From the NCBI GenBank assembly GCA_951406725.2, contig OX597817.1, positions 162,626,001 to 162,690,000 on the forward strand: a stretch of DNA of 64,000 bases, in the 5' to 3' direction. The notes beneath the pieces were generated by a model, which was not told the origin of the DNA, made no database searches, and saw only the letters and a list, made by a program, of their open reading frames with translations. Every line of letters starts with the position of its first letter. Within the stretch, counting starts at the first letter, position 1. This stretch comes from Octopus vulgaris. Taxonomy: Eukaryota. This document shows, piece by piece, positions 37,454-49,794 of this stretch. The position numbers were made by a program, and so were the translations under genes.

Positions 37454-39259
37454 GCAGAACTACATATACCATTAATCTTTTCTGTGCTACCAGTTATTTC
37501 ATCCTCTTTCTTTTAACCACTTCTTTCTGACATCCATTCCTTATATCAACCACCAACTCATTCACAGATTTTCTGTTGATCATCACTGCTCTCCTCAGCT
37601 ACTTCTTATTGGCACCCATATGATAAATTCAATACCATGTCATATCTATTGTCTGCCAATCACAAGTTACATCTATGTAGCTTTGAACACCTCCACCCTT
37701 ATCACTACATTTCTCTTAGTTTTGCAGCATTCACCCACTCACCCCCACATATTTCCCATCCCTTTCCTGTCTTCTAGTGTATTATTAAACAACACATCAT
37801 CCTTTCTGTGATGCCAGTCAACACCTCATCTCTCCCAAGCCATTTCAATCAACAACTATCTTTCATCCACATCATCTTTCCCCCACTCATATTTACCATC
37901 AATCAACCCCTGACCCTTATTCATCAGGCACTACATTTGTTTCTACCTCCATCTCCAACCGTTTCTAACTCACCCAAGACACTCTTGTAATAGTCAACCA
38001 CACACCCTTCCTGAACTTCTGACCCACATGCACTCTTTCCTTCATCTTCTCATAACTCAATAGCATATGCTTCGATACCTCCTCATCACCATCTAGACAT
38101 ATCTTTCCAAATCCCCTCCAGTTCCCCAAAAGCAACCCTTTTATAATGATCTGTAGCCATAAACATTCTTTACAACAACGAACTTATTCCTGTCCCAACT
38201 TTAGCTTTTCAACATCTCAGACAAAACCATATCTCACTCTATTATACTCTCACTCAGTTGCAGAGTCATTTTACCCTTGATACTTACATAGTGCACTCCC
38301 TAGTGTTGCTACCATAATGGAAAAATACAAAACAAAAAGCACCTACTACAATCTATAAAGTGGTTAGCATTATGAAAAGAATCCATTCTTACAAATCATA
38401 CCAAAACTAAGTCACTGAAACAAGAAATGGTCTTCCACCTCATTAGATGGATGGGTTTTCATGCAGAAGCTCAGGATCCTGAGGTCAGCTCTCACTACTT
38501 CATCCCATGTCTTCTAAATCCACTGGCTCCAGCCACATTTAGTGATCAGCAATTCCTTATACAGCAGTCCTCATCACATGTCCATACTAGCTCAGTTTTT
38601 TGATTATGCATGTATCTATATTTATCTGTCAATCAAATATATATGGCAGCACATGCATATTACATAAACTAATGGAAAAGCACATAGATTTCCTCAAAAT
38701 GAATAATACACAAATGTACATAGAAGTGTGTATATAACATATGATATACATGCTTATATCATATAATGGCCCAGTGGTTAGGGCAGCGGACTCACGGTTT
38801 TGATTCCCAGACCAGGTGTTGTGTGTGTTTATTGAGTGAAAACACCTAAAGCTCCAAGAGGCTCCTGGCAAGGGTGGTGATCCCTGTTGTACTCTTTCGT
38901 CCCGACTTTCTCTCAATCTTCCTGTTTCTTGAGTAACGCTGCGATGGACTGGCATCCCGTTCAGCTGGGGGGAATACATACGCCACAGAAACTAGGAAAC
39001 TGGGCCCATGAGCCTGGCTAGGCTTGAAAAGGGTGCATAAATAAATAAAAATAATACTTATATTATACATGCACATCTCTAAGTTAAACAAATAGAAGTT
39101 AATCAAAAATGGTAATGAAATAAATGCATTAAAATACTTTATTTCTTTCACATATTTTAGTCCACAAGTCCAGTTCATGATTTAGCAATGGAAATGGTCA
39201 TACAATGTTGGTTGTTGTTGTGAGTAGTAATCAATTCCGACAAACAGACAGTCACATTT

Positions 39260-39646
39260 TTGTACAGAAAGATACATGTGAAGTTGAGTTGTGTTTTTGT
39301 GCAAATGATTTACCAGAGATATGGATTTTCCTATGAAAATATAAATCTGGTTAATTAATTCACCACATCCAGAGAATCTTTTATCACAGACACATCAGGA
39401 TGAAATGATTTCTCTCCTGTATGAATGCATATGTGTTTAGTTCAGGGAGTCCTTATGAGAGAACGATTTACTACAGACTTCACAGTCATATGGTTTCTAC
39501 CTTGATAGAATATGATTGTGTGTAGATAAGCCTCGACTTCAAGAGAAAGATTTACCACAGGTATCAGAGAGAAATGGTTTCTCTCCTGCCCGCATACATA
39601 CATGTTTAATTAAGCCACAATTATCAGCAAATGACTTACCACAGAT
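39260..39646 (-). pseudogene. Decayed zinc-finger repeats, the former C-terminus of ZNF-A
   Basis: Minus strand resumes [35 protein letters not shown] and continues with stops and frameshifts. Confidence 0.85.
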
Positions 39647-39898
39647 CATCATCATTTAACATCCGTTTTCCATGCTATCATGGGTTGGACGGTTCGGCCG
39701 GGGTCTGGTAAGCCATGGAGGCTGCACCAGGCTCCAGTCTGATTTGGCAGTGTTTCTACAGCTGGATGCCCTTCCTAACGCCAACCACTCCGTGAGTGTA
39801 GTGCATGATTTTTACGTGCCACCGGCACAGGAGCCAGAGCAGGCTGGCAAACAGCCACGATCGGTTAGTGCTTTTACGTGTCACCGGCACGGGTGTCA
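39647..39898 (-). mobile_element. (GAT)n-tailed retroposon (family D) interrupting the ZNF-A coding repeat
   Basis: GGTTGGCGTTAGGAAGGGCATCCAGC core. Other copies lie near 4456, 4989, 7740, 13734, 14560, 22762, 23065, 24790 and 44280. Confidence 0.9.
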
Positions 39899-41368
39899 AA
39901 TATCACAGCAAAATGTTTTCTCTCCTGTATGTATACGCATATGTTGAGTAAAGTTACTATTCTGAGAGAATGATTTACCACAGATATCACAGTGATATGG
40001 TTTCTCCCCTGTATGAATACGCTTGTGGTTCGTTAAGACACTATTTTGAGAGAATGATTTACCACAGATACGACAGTGATATGGCTTCTCCCCTGTATGA
40101 ATACGCTTGTGTTTAGTTAAGCCGCTATTTTCAGAAAATAATTTACCACAGATATCACAGTGAAATGGTTTCTCTCCTGTATGAATACGTTTGTGTCTAC
40201 TTAATCCATTACTTTCTATGAATGACTTCTTACAAATATCACAATGAAATAGTTTCTCTCCTGCATGTATACGCACGTGCTTAGTTAAGCCACTATTTCG
40301 TAAGAATGATTTATCACACACATGACACTGATACAGTTTCTCTCCTCTATGCATATGTTCGTGTTGAGTTAAGCCACTATTTTCAGAGAATGATTTACCA
40401 CAGATATCGCAGTGATATGGTTTATCTCCTGTATGCCTATGCACATGTTTTGTTAAGTCACTGTTTCGGAAGAATGATTTACCACAGATACGACAATGAT
40501 ATGGTTTCTCTCCTGTATGAAAACGTACATGTTTAGTTAAGTCACTACTTGCAGAGAATGATTTACCACAGGTATCACACTGATATGGTTTCTCACCTGT
40601 ATGCATACGTATGTGCTTGGTTAAGTCACTATTTCGAAAGAATGGTTTACCACAGATACGACAGTGATATGGCTTCTCCCCTGTATGTATACGTTTGTGA
40701 TGAGTCAAAACAGTTTTCTGAGAGAATGATTTACCACAGACATCACACTGATATGGTTTCTCTCCTGTATGAATGCGTTTGTGAGTAGTTAATACACTTC
40801 TTCGAGAGAATGATTTACCACAAATATCACAGTGAAATGGTTTCTCCCCTGTATGCACACGTGTGTGTTCAGTTAAGTCACTATTTGTAGAGAATGATTT
40901 ACCGCAGATATCACACCGATATGGTTTTTCTCCTGTATGAATAAGTTTGTGTCTAGTTACACCACTACTTTTAGAGAATGATTTACCACAGATATCACAA
41001 TGATATGGTTTTTCTCCAGTATGAATATGCTTGTGAGTTGTTAAACCAGAATTTTGAGAGAATGATTTACCACAGATATTGCAATGAAATGGTTTCTCTC
41101 CTGTATGAACACGTTTATGCCTGCTTAACTTAGCACTTTCAGAGAATGATTTACCACAGATATCACAGCCATGTGGCTTCTCTCCTGTATGAATATGTTT
41201 GTGAGTAGTTAAGGAACTACTTACAGAAAATGATTTACCACAAATATCGCAGTGAAATGGTTTCTCACCTGTGTGAATACGTACGTGTTTACTTACGTCA
41301 CTTTTTTGCAAAAATGATTTACCACAGATTTCACAAAAAAATGGTTTCTCTTGTAAATTTTTTGACAT
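39896..41368 (-). CDS. Tandem C2H2 zinc-finger protein (ZNF-A), 17 fingers, truncated in the 18th
   Basis: 490-aa ORF with 28-aa CxxC...HxxxH repeats and TGEKP linkers; no effector domain seen. The stop is supplied by an inserted repeat. Confidence 0.95.
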   Translation of the reverse strand: MSKNLQEKPFFCEICGKSFLQKSDVSKHVRIHTGEKPFHCDICGKSFSVSSSLTTHKHIHTGEKPHGCDICGKSFSESAKLSRHKRVHTGEKPFHCNICGKSFSQNSGLTTHKHIHTGEKPYHCDICGKSFSKSSGVTRHKLIHTGEKPYRCDICGKSFSTNSDLTEHTRVHTGEKPFHCDICGKSFSRRSVLTTHKRIHTGEKPYQCDVCGKSFSQKTVLTHHKRIHTGEKPYHCRICGKPFFRNSDLTKHIRMHTGEKPYQCDTCGKSFSASSDLTKHVRFHTGEKPYHCRICGKSFFRNSDLTKHVHRHTGDKPYHCDICGKSFSENSGLTQHEHMHRGEKLYQCHVCDKSFLRNSGLTKHVRIHAGEKLFHCDICKKSFIESNGLSRHKRIHTGEKPFHCDICGKLFSENSGLTKHKRIHTGEKPYHCRICGKSFSQNSVLTNHKRIHTGEKPYHCDICGKSFSQNSNFTQHMRIHTGEKTFCCDI

Positions 41369-42955
41369 TCTTCAAAGAATATAGAAACCCTGTCTACTGT
41401 TATCGACTGTAATCTTGATTGATATTTAGAGGCTATGAACACCTTTAAAAATTTATTGTAGCTTAACTGAAAGGCAAAAAGCACCAGTCCATGAGGTTGA
41501 GAAATGTTGCTATTAATCTGAGTTCAGAGCAAATAATTCACAGTAATTCCATCATAGATTAATAGCATGTCTTGTGTAACATTTTCCTTTAGACTTTAAA
41601 AGGTTACATATATTGAAGATGTATCCAATGTAAAAATAAATTCTGTTGTGTTCATGTTGTCTGTTAATCTGTAATAGAAAAGAAACAGTATAAGAAACAG
41701 AGGAGAGATCAATATGGAAATTTACCTACATACTGATAAACAAATTACACAACACAGATGGATGGATAGACAGAGGAATGGATGGATGGATAGATAGGTA
41801 GGTAGAGAGATAGATAGATAGACTGGTATAGATATATTGCTATTAGAATTGGAAAAGGCTGGGGAACTTTTGTCAGTGAGACTTGTATTATTTAGAAAAA
41901 GTGACAGAAAGAATATTGTGAAGTTGTCAACACTTCAGACAGGGACTTTTTCAGTCTCAAAAAGATAGTGGGGGAAAACAACAACATACCCCAGAAGTTT
42001 ATACACTGTAGGATATCTTTCAATTTATACGATAAACTTTATAAATTTTAAAGTTCAATATTCCCATGACGTAAGTTAGAGATATCGACATGAGTTATTC
42101 AAATAATGTACCTTATATATTTCTTTATAATTGTAATCTATGTCGTTTGAAAGGTTTTTTATATAGAATTTCATTAAAAGATATCCATTCTCCTGAAAGT
42201 TATGATGTAAAAAATGGGCTCGTGTGAATTTTCCGAAAGTCCTCTTCCCACTTCACCATCCCGGGTTCTTTTGCACATTTTTTTGTTTTCAGATTCGTTT
42301 CCTACACATTTTTTACGCGTATTACACTTTTTTTTTGTGGCCGGGTGTTAAACTAGATATTAACCGAGTTTTCTATTTCTTTGAAAGTAATAAATGTCTC
42401 TCATGAAAAATTCTCAAAAATTCTGCAATGCGTCTTCTATCAACTTACAATTTAACAGTGGACGGCCCTAGTTTTAGTGAAATTCTGCCATCAACATCGC
42501 ATTCAATAACAAATCAAAAACCTTATTCTAGACCTTTCCCTACAATGTAGGATAATATAAAAAGCAATGCAAAAATAGTTTGTACTACTGAAGGTGTAAT
42601 TAATAAAAGACTGGTAATCATTTCCAAGAGTTTCAACTTGACAATTTATGTAGAGTCTATGAATCACCCAAACAAATGTTTCTCATCACATACAGTTCTT
42701 TTCATTCCCTATCCGGACCACCAGTGAATTTTATTTCAAAGGATATACATTAAATCATCTTTAACAAAAAGAATTATTAAAGATAAACTAAATGCACGAA
42801 TAAATATTATTAGATTCGATTCGTTAGAGTATATTTTTTTGGTTTAAAATGTGTTTAATAAGTTATTTCAGAACATAATATAATTGTGAAGAGAGGTGTG
42901 TTATTAGCAACATGAGAAAATGTTTTCAATTAACAGATCTGCAATTTATTTTATA

Positions 42956-43344
42956 CTAGCAGTATCGCCCGGCGTTGCTCGGGTTTGTAAGGGAAATAAC
43001 TATATAAGCATTTTTAGAGAGTTATAGCAAAATGCATTAAAAATGGGGGAAAATGAAATTATGGTAAATTTTTTTTTAAATCGTTGACTCATCGTAGACA
43101 TTTTTAGAGAGTTACTTCCCTTATATAATAGCGAAAATAATGCACTAAAATGAAAAAAAATGATGGTAAATTTTTTTTAAATCGTAGACTCATCGTAGAC
43201 GCGCGCTAATACCCAGAAGGGCTCGATATGAATCACGACTATAAGATACCCGGTTTTGGTTAAACTGCACCGCAAAATGTGGGAGTAAAGAATCTAAATC
43301 GAAGGAGACAGACACTCACACAACTTCTCTTTTATATATAAAGA
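42956..43344 (-). mobile_element. Non-autonomous Helitron in the ZNF-A intron
   Basis: A|TC...CTAG|T termini, subterminal CCCG..CGGG hairpin, no TSD. Confidence 0.88.
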
Positions 43345-43581
43345 TTACATGTAACAGGGGAACGTTTTCTTTTTCTTTTTTTATTTTCCTTCTTCAAAAA
43401 TAACAAGTATTAAGTATTATTCTTTGGTAAAAATCTTCAAGGCAATAACGACGAGTCAATATTTTTGTTCCGGTGTGTCTCTATGTGTATTGAATTACTG
43501 TATGGTTGAAGGGTTCACGAAATAATTCCGTATTTACACACATTATTACAGATATATTCAAGTACATCATTGTCAACTTAC

Positions 43582-43735
43582 CGTTTCTAATATATCATTA
43601 GTGAATCAGTTTGATGACCAAACTCCAAAAGAAATTAATCGCGTTGTTAAATTGGGATTTTCAAAGGTTTTATTCTCATTTATTCTACGTTAACGTTACG
43701 ATTGCTTCTTCACTCTTTAGACATCAATTCGTATC
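43582..43735 (-). other. Putative non-coding first exon of ZNF-A (intron 43581-41669; exon 2 starts at 41668)
   Basis: Homologous to 44884-45036 and 56266-56391. Ends G|GTAAGT; conserved acceptor cAG|ATTAACAGACAAC. The 5' limit is a homology limit, not a mapped TSS. Confidence 0.7.
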
Positions 43736-44883
43736 TGTCTCTATTTTCGATTTATCATTTAGTTGCAAGAATGGTTAGTGTAGTCGAATTCGTTTGTATG
43801 TTGTTCTAGATTAATAACAACAACCAACTTTCTTTTTGGCGCGATCATTTATTTACATATTATTGGGTTGGTGCATAATTATTGCGGCTTTTTTTTCCAA
43901 CAAATTTTATTCAACAAAAACAATAATAATATTTAACTAGAAAAGCACTCGGAGAGCGCAGACCTCTGCCAAACTAGCAGGAGCAGCACTACGACGACCA
44001 CCACCACAACTATCATACCACTATCACCACCATCACAACCACCAATATCATCAGCAGTATCGTCATTGCTTCCACCTCAACCACCATCAACGTTATCATG
44101 ACAGTTACCTTGACAGTCACTTTCACCACCACAACCAGTATAACCATTACAATACCACCATCACACAACTAACAAGATGACAAAAGGCCGAGATGCCTGG
44201 TGCCTTGTTGTACTCAAGAAGACCCATACTTCGCAGCAGAAGTGTTAAGATCAGTCCCTCTGGTGGTGTAAAGCTCTGATGTCAGTATCACATAAAAGCG
44301 CCAATGCAGTGCCACGTAAAAGCGTCTGTGCGATGCCTCGTGAAAGTGCCCGTGTGGTGTCACATACAAGCACCCGTGTGGAGCCGCGTAAAAGCACTCA
44401 ACACTCTATAAAGTGGTTGGCGTTAAGAAGGGCATCCAGCCATAGAAACCATACCAAATCAGACTCCAGTCTGATTTGGTATATTTTTTGTGGTGTGTGT
44501 GTGCGTGCGTATCTATGAGTTTTCCGCATTTTGATGCTGAACTGATGTTTTTCTTCCTGTTTTCTTTCATTGTTCCTCTGTTTCCATTTTTATTTTATTG
44601 AAATCTGTGCGCTATCCGGAACTTCCATTAATAGATAATATTTGATTGGACACCCTCAATCCGCATTCGTTCGTGTGATTTTCATTTCGACGTAGGTTTT
44701 ATATTCACTTATAAATCTCAATAAAAATTAGTACATAGTTTGAAAAAAAAATTAAAACATAGATATATTTAATAAATATTAAAACAAGGGGTAGCTGTAG
44801 TATTCTAATATACACGCGGATATATTTGTGATGGAAGGTGCATTTAAGGACATCAGGTCGTGTTCATTGGCTCAATGTGACAA

Positions 44884-45036
44884 GATACGAATTGATGTCT
44901 ACAGTCAGGAAGCTACCCGAACGTTAATGCCGTAGAATAAAGTGGATAAAACATTTGAAAATCCCAGTCTAACAACGAAATAATTTCTTTAGGAGTTTGG
45001 TCAACACCCCGATTCACTGTTGACATGTTAGAAGCG
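44884..45036 (+). other. Putative non-coding first exon of ZNF-B (exon 2 starts at 46941)
   Basis: Paralogous block GATACGAATTGATGTCT...G|GTAAGT; acceptor ttcAG|ATTAACAGACAAC at 46940/46941. Confidence 0.7.
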
Positions 45037-45389
45037 GTAAGTTGACAAAGATTTACTTGAATAAATCTGTAATAATGTATGTAAGTAGCAGAATTAATGT
45101 GTTAACCTTGCAATCATGCAGTATTTCTGTGGAAGTATCGTCTTTTTGCTGACCTTTTTTTGAAGTGAGGGTGATACTTAAATGTTGATCTATTTTTTGA
45201 AAACAAAAAAAAATAATAATAATTATAATACCTGACTGTTACAGGTGATATAAAGGAATTACAGATCTGCTAATTGAAAACCTTTTCCTGTTGCTAGTCA
45301 CACAGATATTCTCTTCACCGCTACATTATAGGCGCATTTTAAGCAATAACAAACCTACAAGTTTATTCTATCGATCATTATAATATTTA

Positions 45390-45855
45390 CTCGTATCTTC
45401 TACTTCTTTCAGACGTTAGTCTATGGCCATGCTGGGGTACCGTCTTGAATCATTTTTTTTACCAATGAATCGACCCTAATACTTTTTTTTTTAAAGTTTG
45501 GTACTTCTGGGCGAAAGTAAAGAATACGTACACCCGGTTTTTAGTTACGTTGTAAACTGGTGGTGTATATATTCTTTACCTACGCCCTTCTATCGGTTCA
45601 TTCGCCGAACCGCTAAGTTACGGGTACGTAAACACACCAACACTGATTGTCGAGCGACGGTGGAAGACACACACACACACACACACACACGTGTGACGGG
45701 CTTCTTTCAGTTTCCGTCTAACAATTCTACTCACAAGGCTTTGGTCCGCCCTAGACTATAGCAGAAGACACTTGACCAAGGTGCCTTACAGTGGGACTGA
45801 ACCCGGAACTATGTGGTTGGGAAACAAGATTCTTACCACAGCCACATCTGCCCCT
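45390..45855 (-). mobile_element. SINE family A, diverged, in the ZNF-B intron
   Basis: Matches family A; boundaries approximate. Confidence 0.8.
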
Positions 45856-46456
45856 ATATGTTGTATTATTATTATTATTATTTTATTTGTAGTCGTGACG
45901 TTTTTCAGTCTTCAAATATCATTAATTGTACACGATGGAAATCTTGCTTAATTTCTTCTAACCAGTTGAAGTTTTTCAAAAAATGTACTTCTGATGAGAA
46001 AACCGCATTATTTTTCTTAGAGATTAATAGTCCAAAAGTTACAAACATTTACATTATTTTAGCCAGTCGAAGCCTTGATTGCCCGACATAGCGGAAGTTG
46101 TGAATGTTTGTCCCCGTGCGAACAGCAGAAACCTTTGCGTGATCTCTCTTCCAAAAAAGTATACATTAAAAAGGATGGCACAAAGTACTACAGCACGGTT
46201 TTTTTTCCTCACTTGAGATAGGCCCAAGTGGTTTCCACTTGTTGAGTGATTGATTATCAATAACATTGAAATACAGACAGTCTTCTTCCAAATAATACAA
46301 GTCTTGCTAACGCAGACACCCACCATCTTTCTACAGCTCTGATATGTGTGTGAGTGTGTGTGTTAACATTCCATGGCTTTGTTTGGAGTGAAACAGTGTT
46401 ACATTGACATTCCATATTGACATTACAACTAGTTGTACTGTATTAAATAATTTGTC

Positions 46457-46860
46457 GGATCTTTTCGGTTTGAACGGCAGTTTTTTAAAATAACTTCCAC
46501 GTAACTAAACACTTTTAAACTTCGTATACTAGTAAAATGTGTTTATAAAACATCTTTTTCTCTTGGTTTTATTGAGAAAATTCTATAGTTTGTAAGATAT
46601 TTGCTGGGTTTTTTTCCTGCAATTTCAACCAATCAATGACGTCTATTGAGGTGAAAACATTCTGTGCCGTATGAACATGTCCCTCGTTTAAGAAACAGAT
46701 TGGGTTTATTTACATTTGTGAAGAAAAAAAGATACCCTTCCCCCTACCCCTAACCCTAAAACAAATTGAAATGCAATAGATCGATACTAGGGTCATAATT
46801 ATGGGTGACAATTTCATATGACACTGCTAGAAAAAACTGCCGTTCAAACTGAAAAGGTCC
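46457..46860. mobile_element. Related MITE in the ZNF-B intron
   Basis: TIR GGATCTTTTCGGTTTGAACGGCAG; TSD aatttgtc. The empty site is visible in the ZNF-C paralogue (~57515). Confidence 0.9.
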
Positions 46861-47235
46861 AATTTGTCTATCAATATAGAAATGTAGTAAAATTTCCATG
46901 TTTATTTTCTGTTTCTTACACTGTTTCTTTATTATTTCAGATTAACAGACAACATTGGCATACAGGATTTATTTTAAATTGGATACACCTTCAATATCTA
47001 ATCTTTTAAAGTCTAAGGGAAAATGCTATGTATGACAGATATAACCCTATTGCTATTAATTGATGGTGGAATTACTGTGAAATATTTTCTTTAATAGCAA
47101 CTGTCTGATGCTTTTTCCTTTTAATGGAACTTGATTAAATTTTTGAAGGTGTTTACAGCACCTCTTAGATGTCAATGAAGATTACAGTTCATAACAATAG
47201 ACTGAGATTTTATATTCTTTGAAGAGCTGTTCAAA

Positions 47236-48108
47236 ATGTCAGAAAATACACCATACCTCTGTGAAATCTGTGGCAAAACTTTCACTGAAATGATTCTGTT
47301 ACATAGACACATGTGTATTCATACAGGTGAGAAATTTCACTGCGGTATCTGTGGTAAATCATTCTCTGCCAATAGTGACTTAACTAAACACCTTCGTATA
47401 CATACAGGAGAGAAACCATTTCACTGTGATGTCTGTGGTAAATCATTTTCTTTAAATAGTTCCTTAACTAGACACAAACGTCTTCATACTGGAGAAAAAC
47501 CATATCATTGTGATATCTGTGATGAATCATTCTCCGAGAGCGCTAAACTGAGTAGGCATAGACGTATTCATACAGGAGAGAGATTTCACTGTGACATCTG
47601 TAGTAAATCATTTTCTGAGAGCACTAAACTAAATAGACATAAACGTATTCATACAGGAGAGAAGCCATATCACTGTAATTTCTGTGGTAAATCATTCTCT
47701 TATAACAATGTTTTAACTAATCATAAACGTATTCATACGCTGGAGAGACCGTATCACTGCCATTTTTGTGATAAATCATTCTTGCGAAATAGTGACTTCA
47801 CTAAACATGTCCGTATGCATACAGGTGAGAAACCGTTTCAGTGTGATACTTGTGGTAAATCATTCTCTGCGAGTAGTGACTTAACTAAACACAGACGTAT
47901 GCATACAGGAGAAAAACCGTTTCACTGTGATGTCTGTGGTACATCATTCTCCAGAAGTAGCAGCTTATCTATACATGTACGTATGCATACAGGAGAGAGG
48001 CCATTTCACTGTGATATCTGTGGTAAATCATTCACTCGTAATAGTATTTTAACTAACCACAAACGTATTCATACTGAGGTAAATCATTCTCTAGAATTAG
48101 TGACTTGA
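47236..48108 (+). CDS. Tandem C2H2 zinc-finger protein (ZNF-B), 10 fingers
   Basis: 290-aa ORF of C2H2 repeats ending in a frameshifted tail EVNHSLELVT. Confidence 0.95.
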   Translation: MSENTPYLCEICGKTFTEMILLHRHMCIHTGEKFHCGICGKSFSANSDLTKHLRIHTGEKPFHCDVCGKSFSLNSSLTRHKRLHTGEKPYHCDICDESFSESAKLSRHRRIHTGERFHCDICSKSFSESTKLNRHKRIHTGEKPYHCNFCGKSFSYNNVLTNHKRIHTLERPYHCHFCDKSFLRNSDFTKHVRMHTGEKPFQCDTCGKSFSASSDLTKHRRMHTGEKPFHCDVCGTSFSRSSSLSIHVRMHTGERPFHCDICGKSFTRNSILTNHKRIHTEVNHSLELVT

Positions 48109-48206
48109 GTAACCACAATCATATTCATACAGGTGAGAAACAATATCTGCAATATATGTTATAAATCTTTTACTTGACAAAGCAACTTAACTTCACATAT
48201 ATCTAT

Positions 48207-48427
48207 TCCTTTACTACCCACAAGGGGCTAAACACAGAGGGGACAAACAAGGACAGACAAACGGATCAAGTCGATCATATTGACCCCAGTGAGTAACTGG
48301 TACTTACTTAATCAACCCTGAAAGGATGAAAGGCAAAGTTGACCTCGGCGGAATTTGAACTCAAAACGTAGCGGCAGACGAAATACCGCTAAGCATTTCG
48401 CCCAGCATGCTAACGTTTCTGCCTTAC
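48207..48427 (-). mobile_element. Meta-like SINE (family B) in the fossil last finger of ZNF-B
   Basis: 17-bp TSD acttcacatatatctat (48190-48206 and 48428-48444). Confidence 0.9.
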
Positions 48428-48699
48428 ACTTCACATATATCTATCCTTATAAAAGTGTGACTGTGTTTTTGTTAGAATTGATTACCACTAACAACCACTG
48501 CCAACATTTCAAGGTCTTTTTCATTGCTAAATCATGGATTAGCCTTATGGACTTAACAACTATCAGTGAACTCATGACAAACTATATACTCACCATGGTT
48601 TCATTTTTGTGATAGTGTTTTACAGCCAGATGCCATTCCTTATGTGAACTCTACTAATAACCTCTTAAAATCAAATCAAATCAAATCAAATCAAAACAA

Positions 48700-49322
48700 A
48701 TCAAAATAGATGAACATCAATGGAATTTGTATCTTTGTGGTACCAGTGCCGGTGGCACACAAGAAAATCATCCGAACGTGGCCGTAGCCAGTACCGCAAT
48801 GACTGGCCTCCGTGCTTTGGCGCCAGCCTCATCTGGCACCTGTGTCGGTGGCACATAAAAACACCATCCGAGCGTGGCCGTCCGCCAGCCTCATCTGGCA
48901 CCTGTGTCGGTGGCACATAAAAAACACCATCCGAGCGTGGCCGTCTGCCAGCCTCGTCTGGCACCTGTGTCGGTGGCACATAAAAACACCATCCGAGCGT
49001 GGCCGTCCGCCAGCCTCATCTGGCACCTGTGTCGGTGACACATAAAAAAACACCATCCGAGCGTGGCCGTCTGCCAGCCTCGTCTGGCACCTGTGTCGGT
49101 GGCACATAAAAACACCATCCGAGCGTGGCCGTCTGCCAGCCTCGTCTGGCACCTGTGTCGGTGGCACATAAAATCACCCACTACACTCTCGGAGTGGTTG
49201 GCGTTAGGAAGGGCATCCAGCTGTAGAAACACTGCCAGATCTGACTGGCCTGGTGCAGCCTTCGGGCTCCCAGACCCCAGTTGAACCGTCCAACCCATGC
49301 TAGCATGGAAAACGGACGCTAA

Positions 49323-49352
<30 letters not shown>
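48700..49352 (+). mobile_element. Family D retroposon with an expanded internal ~62-bp tandem array (48822-49170)
   Basis: About 5.5 near-identical units GCCAGCCTC(A/G)TCTGGCACCTGTGTCGGTGGCACATAAAAACACCATCCGAGCGTGGCCGTC; (GAT)n tail. Confidence 0.9.
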
Positions 49353-49353
<1 letters not shown>

Positions 49354-49794
49354 GATACACATACTGTATTTGGACACTTGCTCTGTGTTGAAATTTATTA
49401 TATTTTAAAAATAACTTGTATAACTATAAATGTATTTGAAATGGACAGAAGATATAGAAGTGTAATAACAAGCTGCTGTGACTATATTTTTTATCATCAC
49501 AGTGCTGAAATAACATATTGTGATATTTTAAATAAAAGCATAATCATATATTTTCTCAGAGATCAGTAATATCATTGTACAATTGTTATGCTATCAATAA
49601 ATAAAGTGTAAAAGAGAATTGTTCATCACAGCATAATAGAATATATATATGAATTTGTGTGTGTGTCTTTCTGTGTCTCTATATATACATACATACATAC
49701 ATATATGCAGCATTTGTAAAAATGAATAGAAATATGTATCAGTATAAAGTGCCATTGAAGCATGATTTGACCATGCAAAAGGCACTTTGCATAA

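Noticed and set aside
40306-41484. 'MIYHRY' ORFs (also 58140-59237)
   Set aside because: Antisense or alternative-frame shadows of the 84-bp zinc-finger repeat.
48822-49170. Regular ~62-bp array as a CRISPR array or repeat-protein gene
   Set aside because: Units are near-identical end to end with no unique spacers, there are no cas genes, and the array lies inside a eukaryotic retroposon. The overlapping ORFs are artefacts of the repeat.
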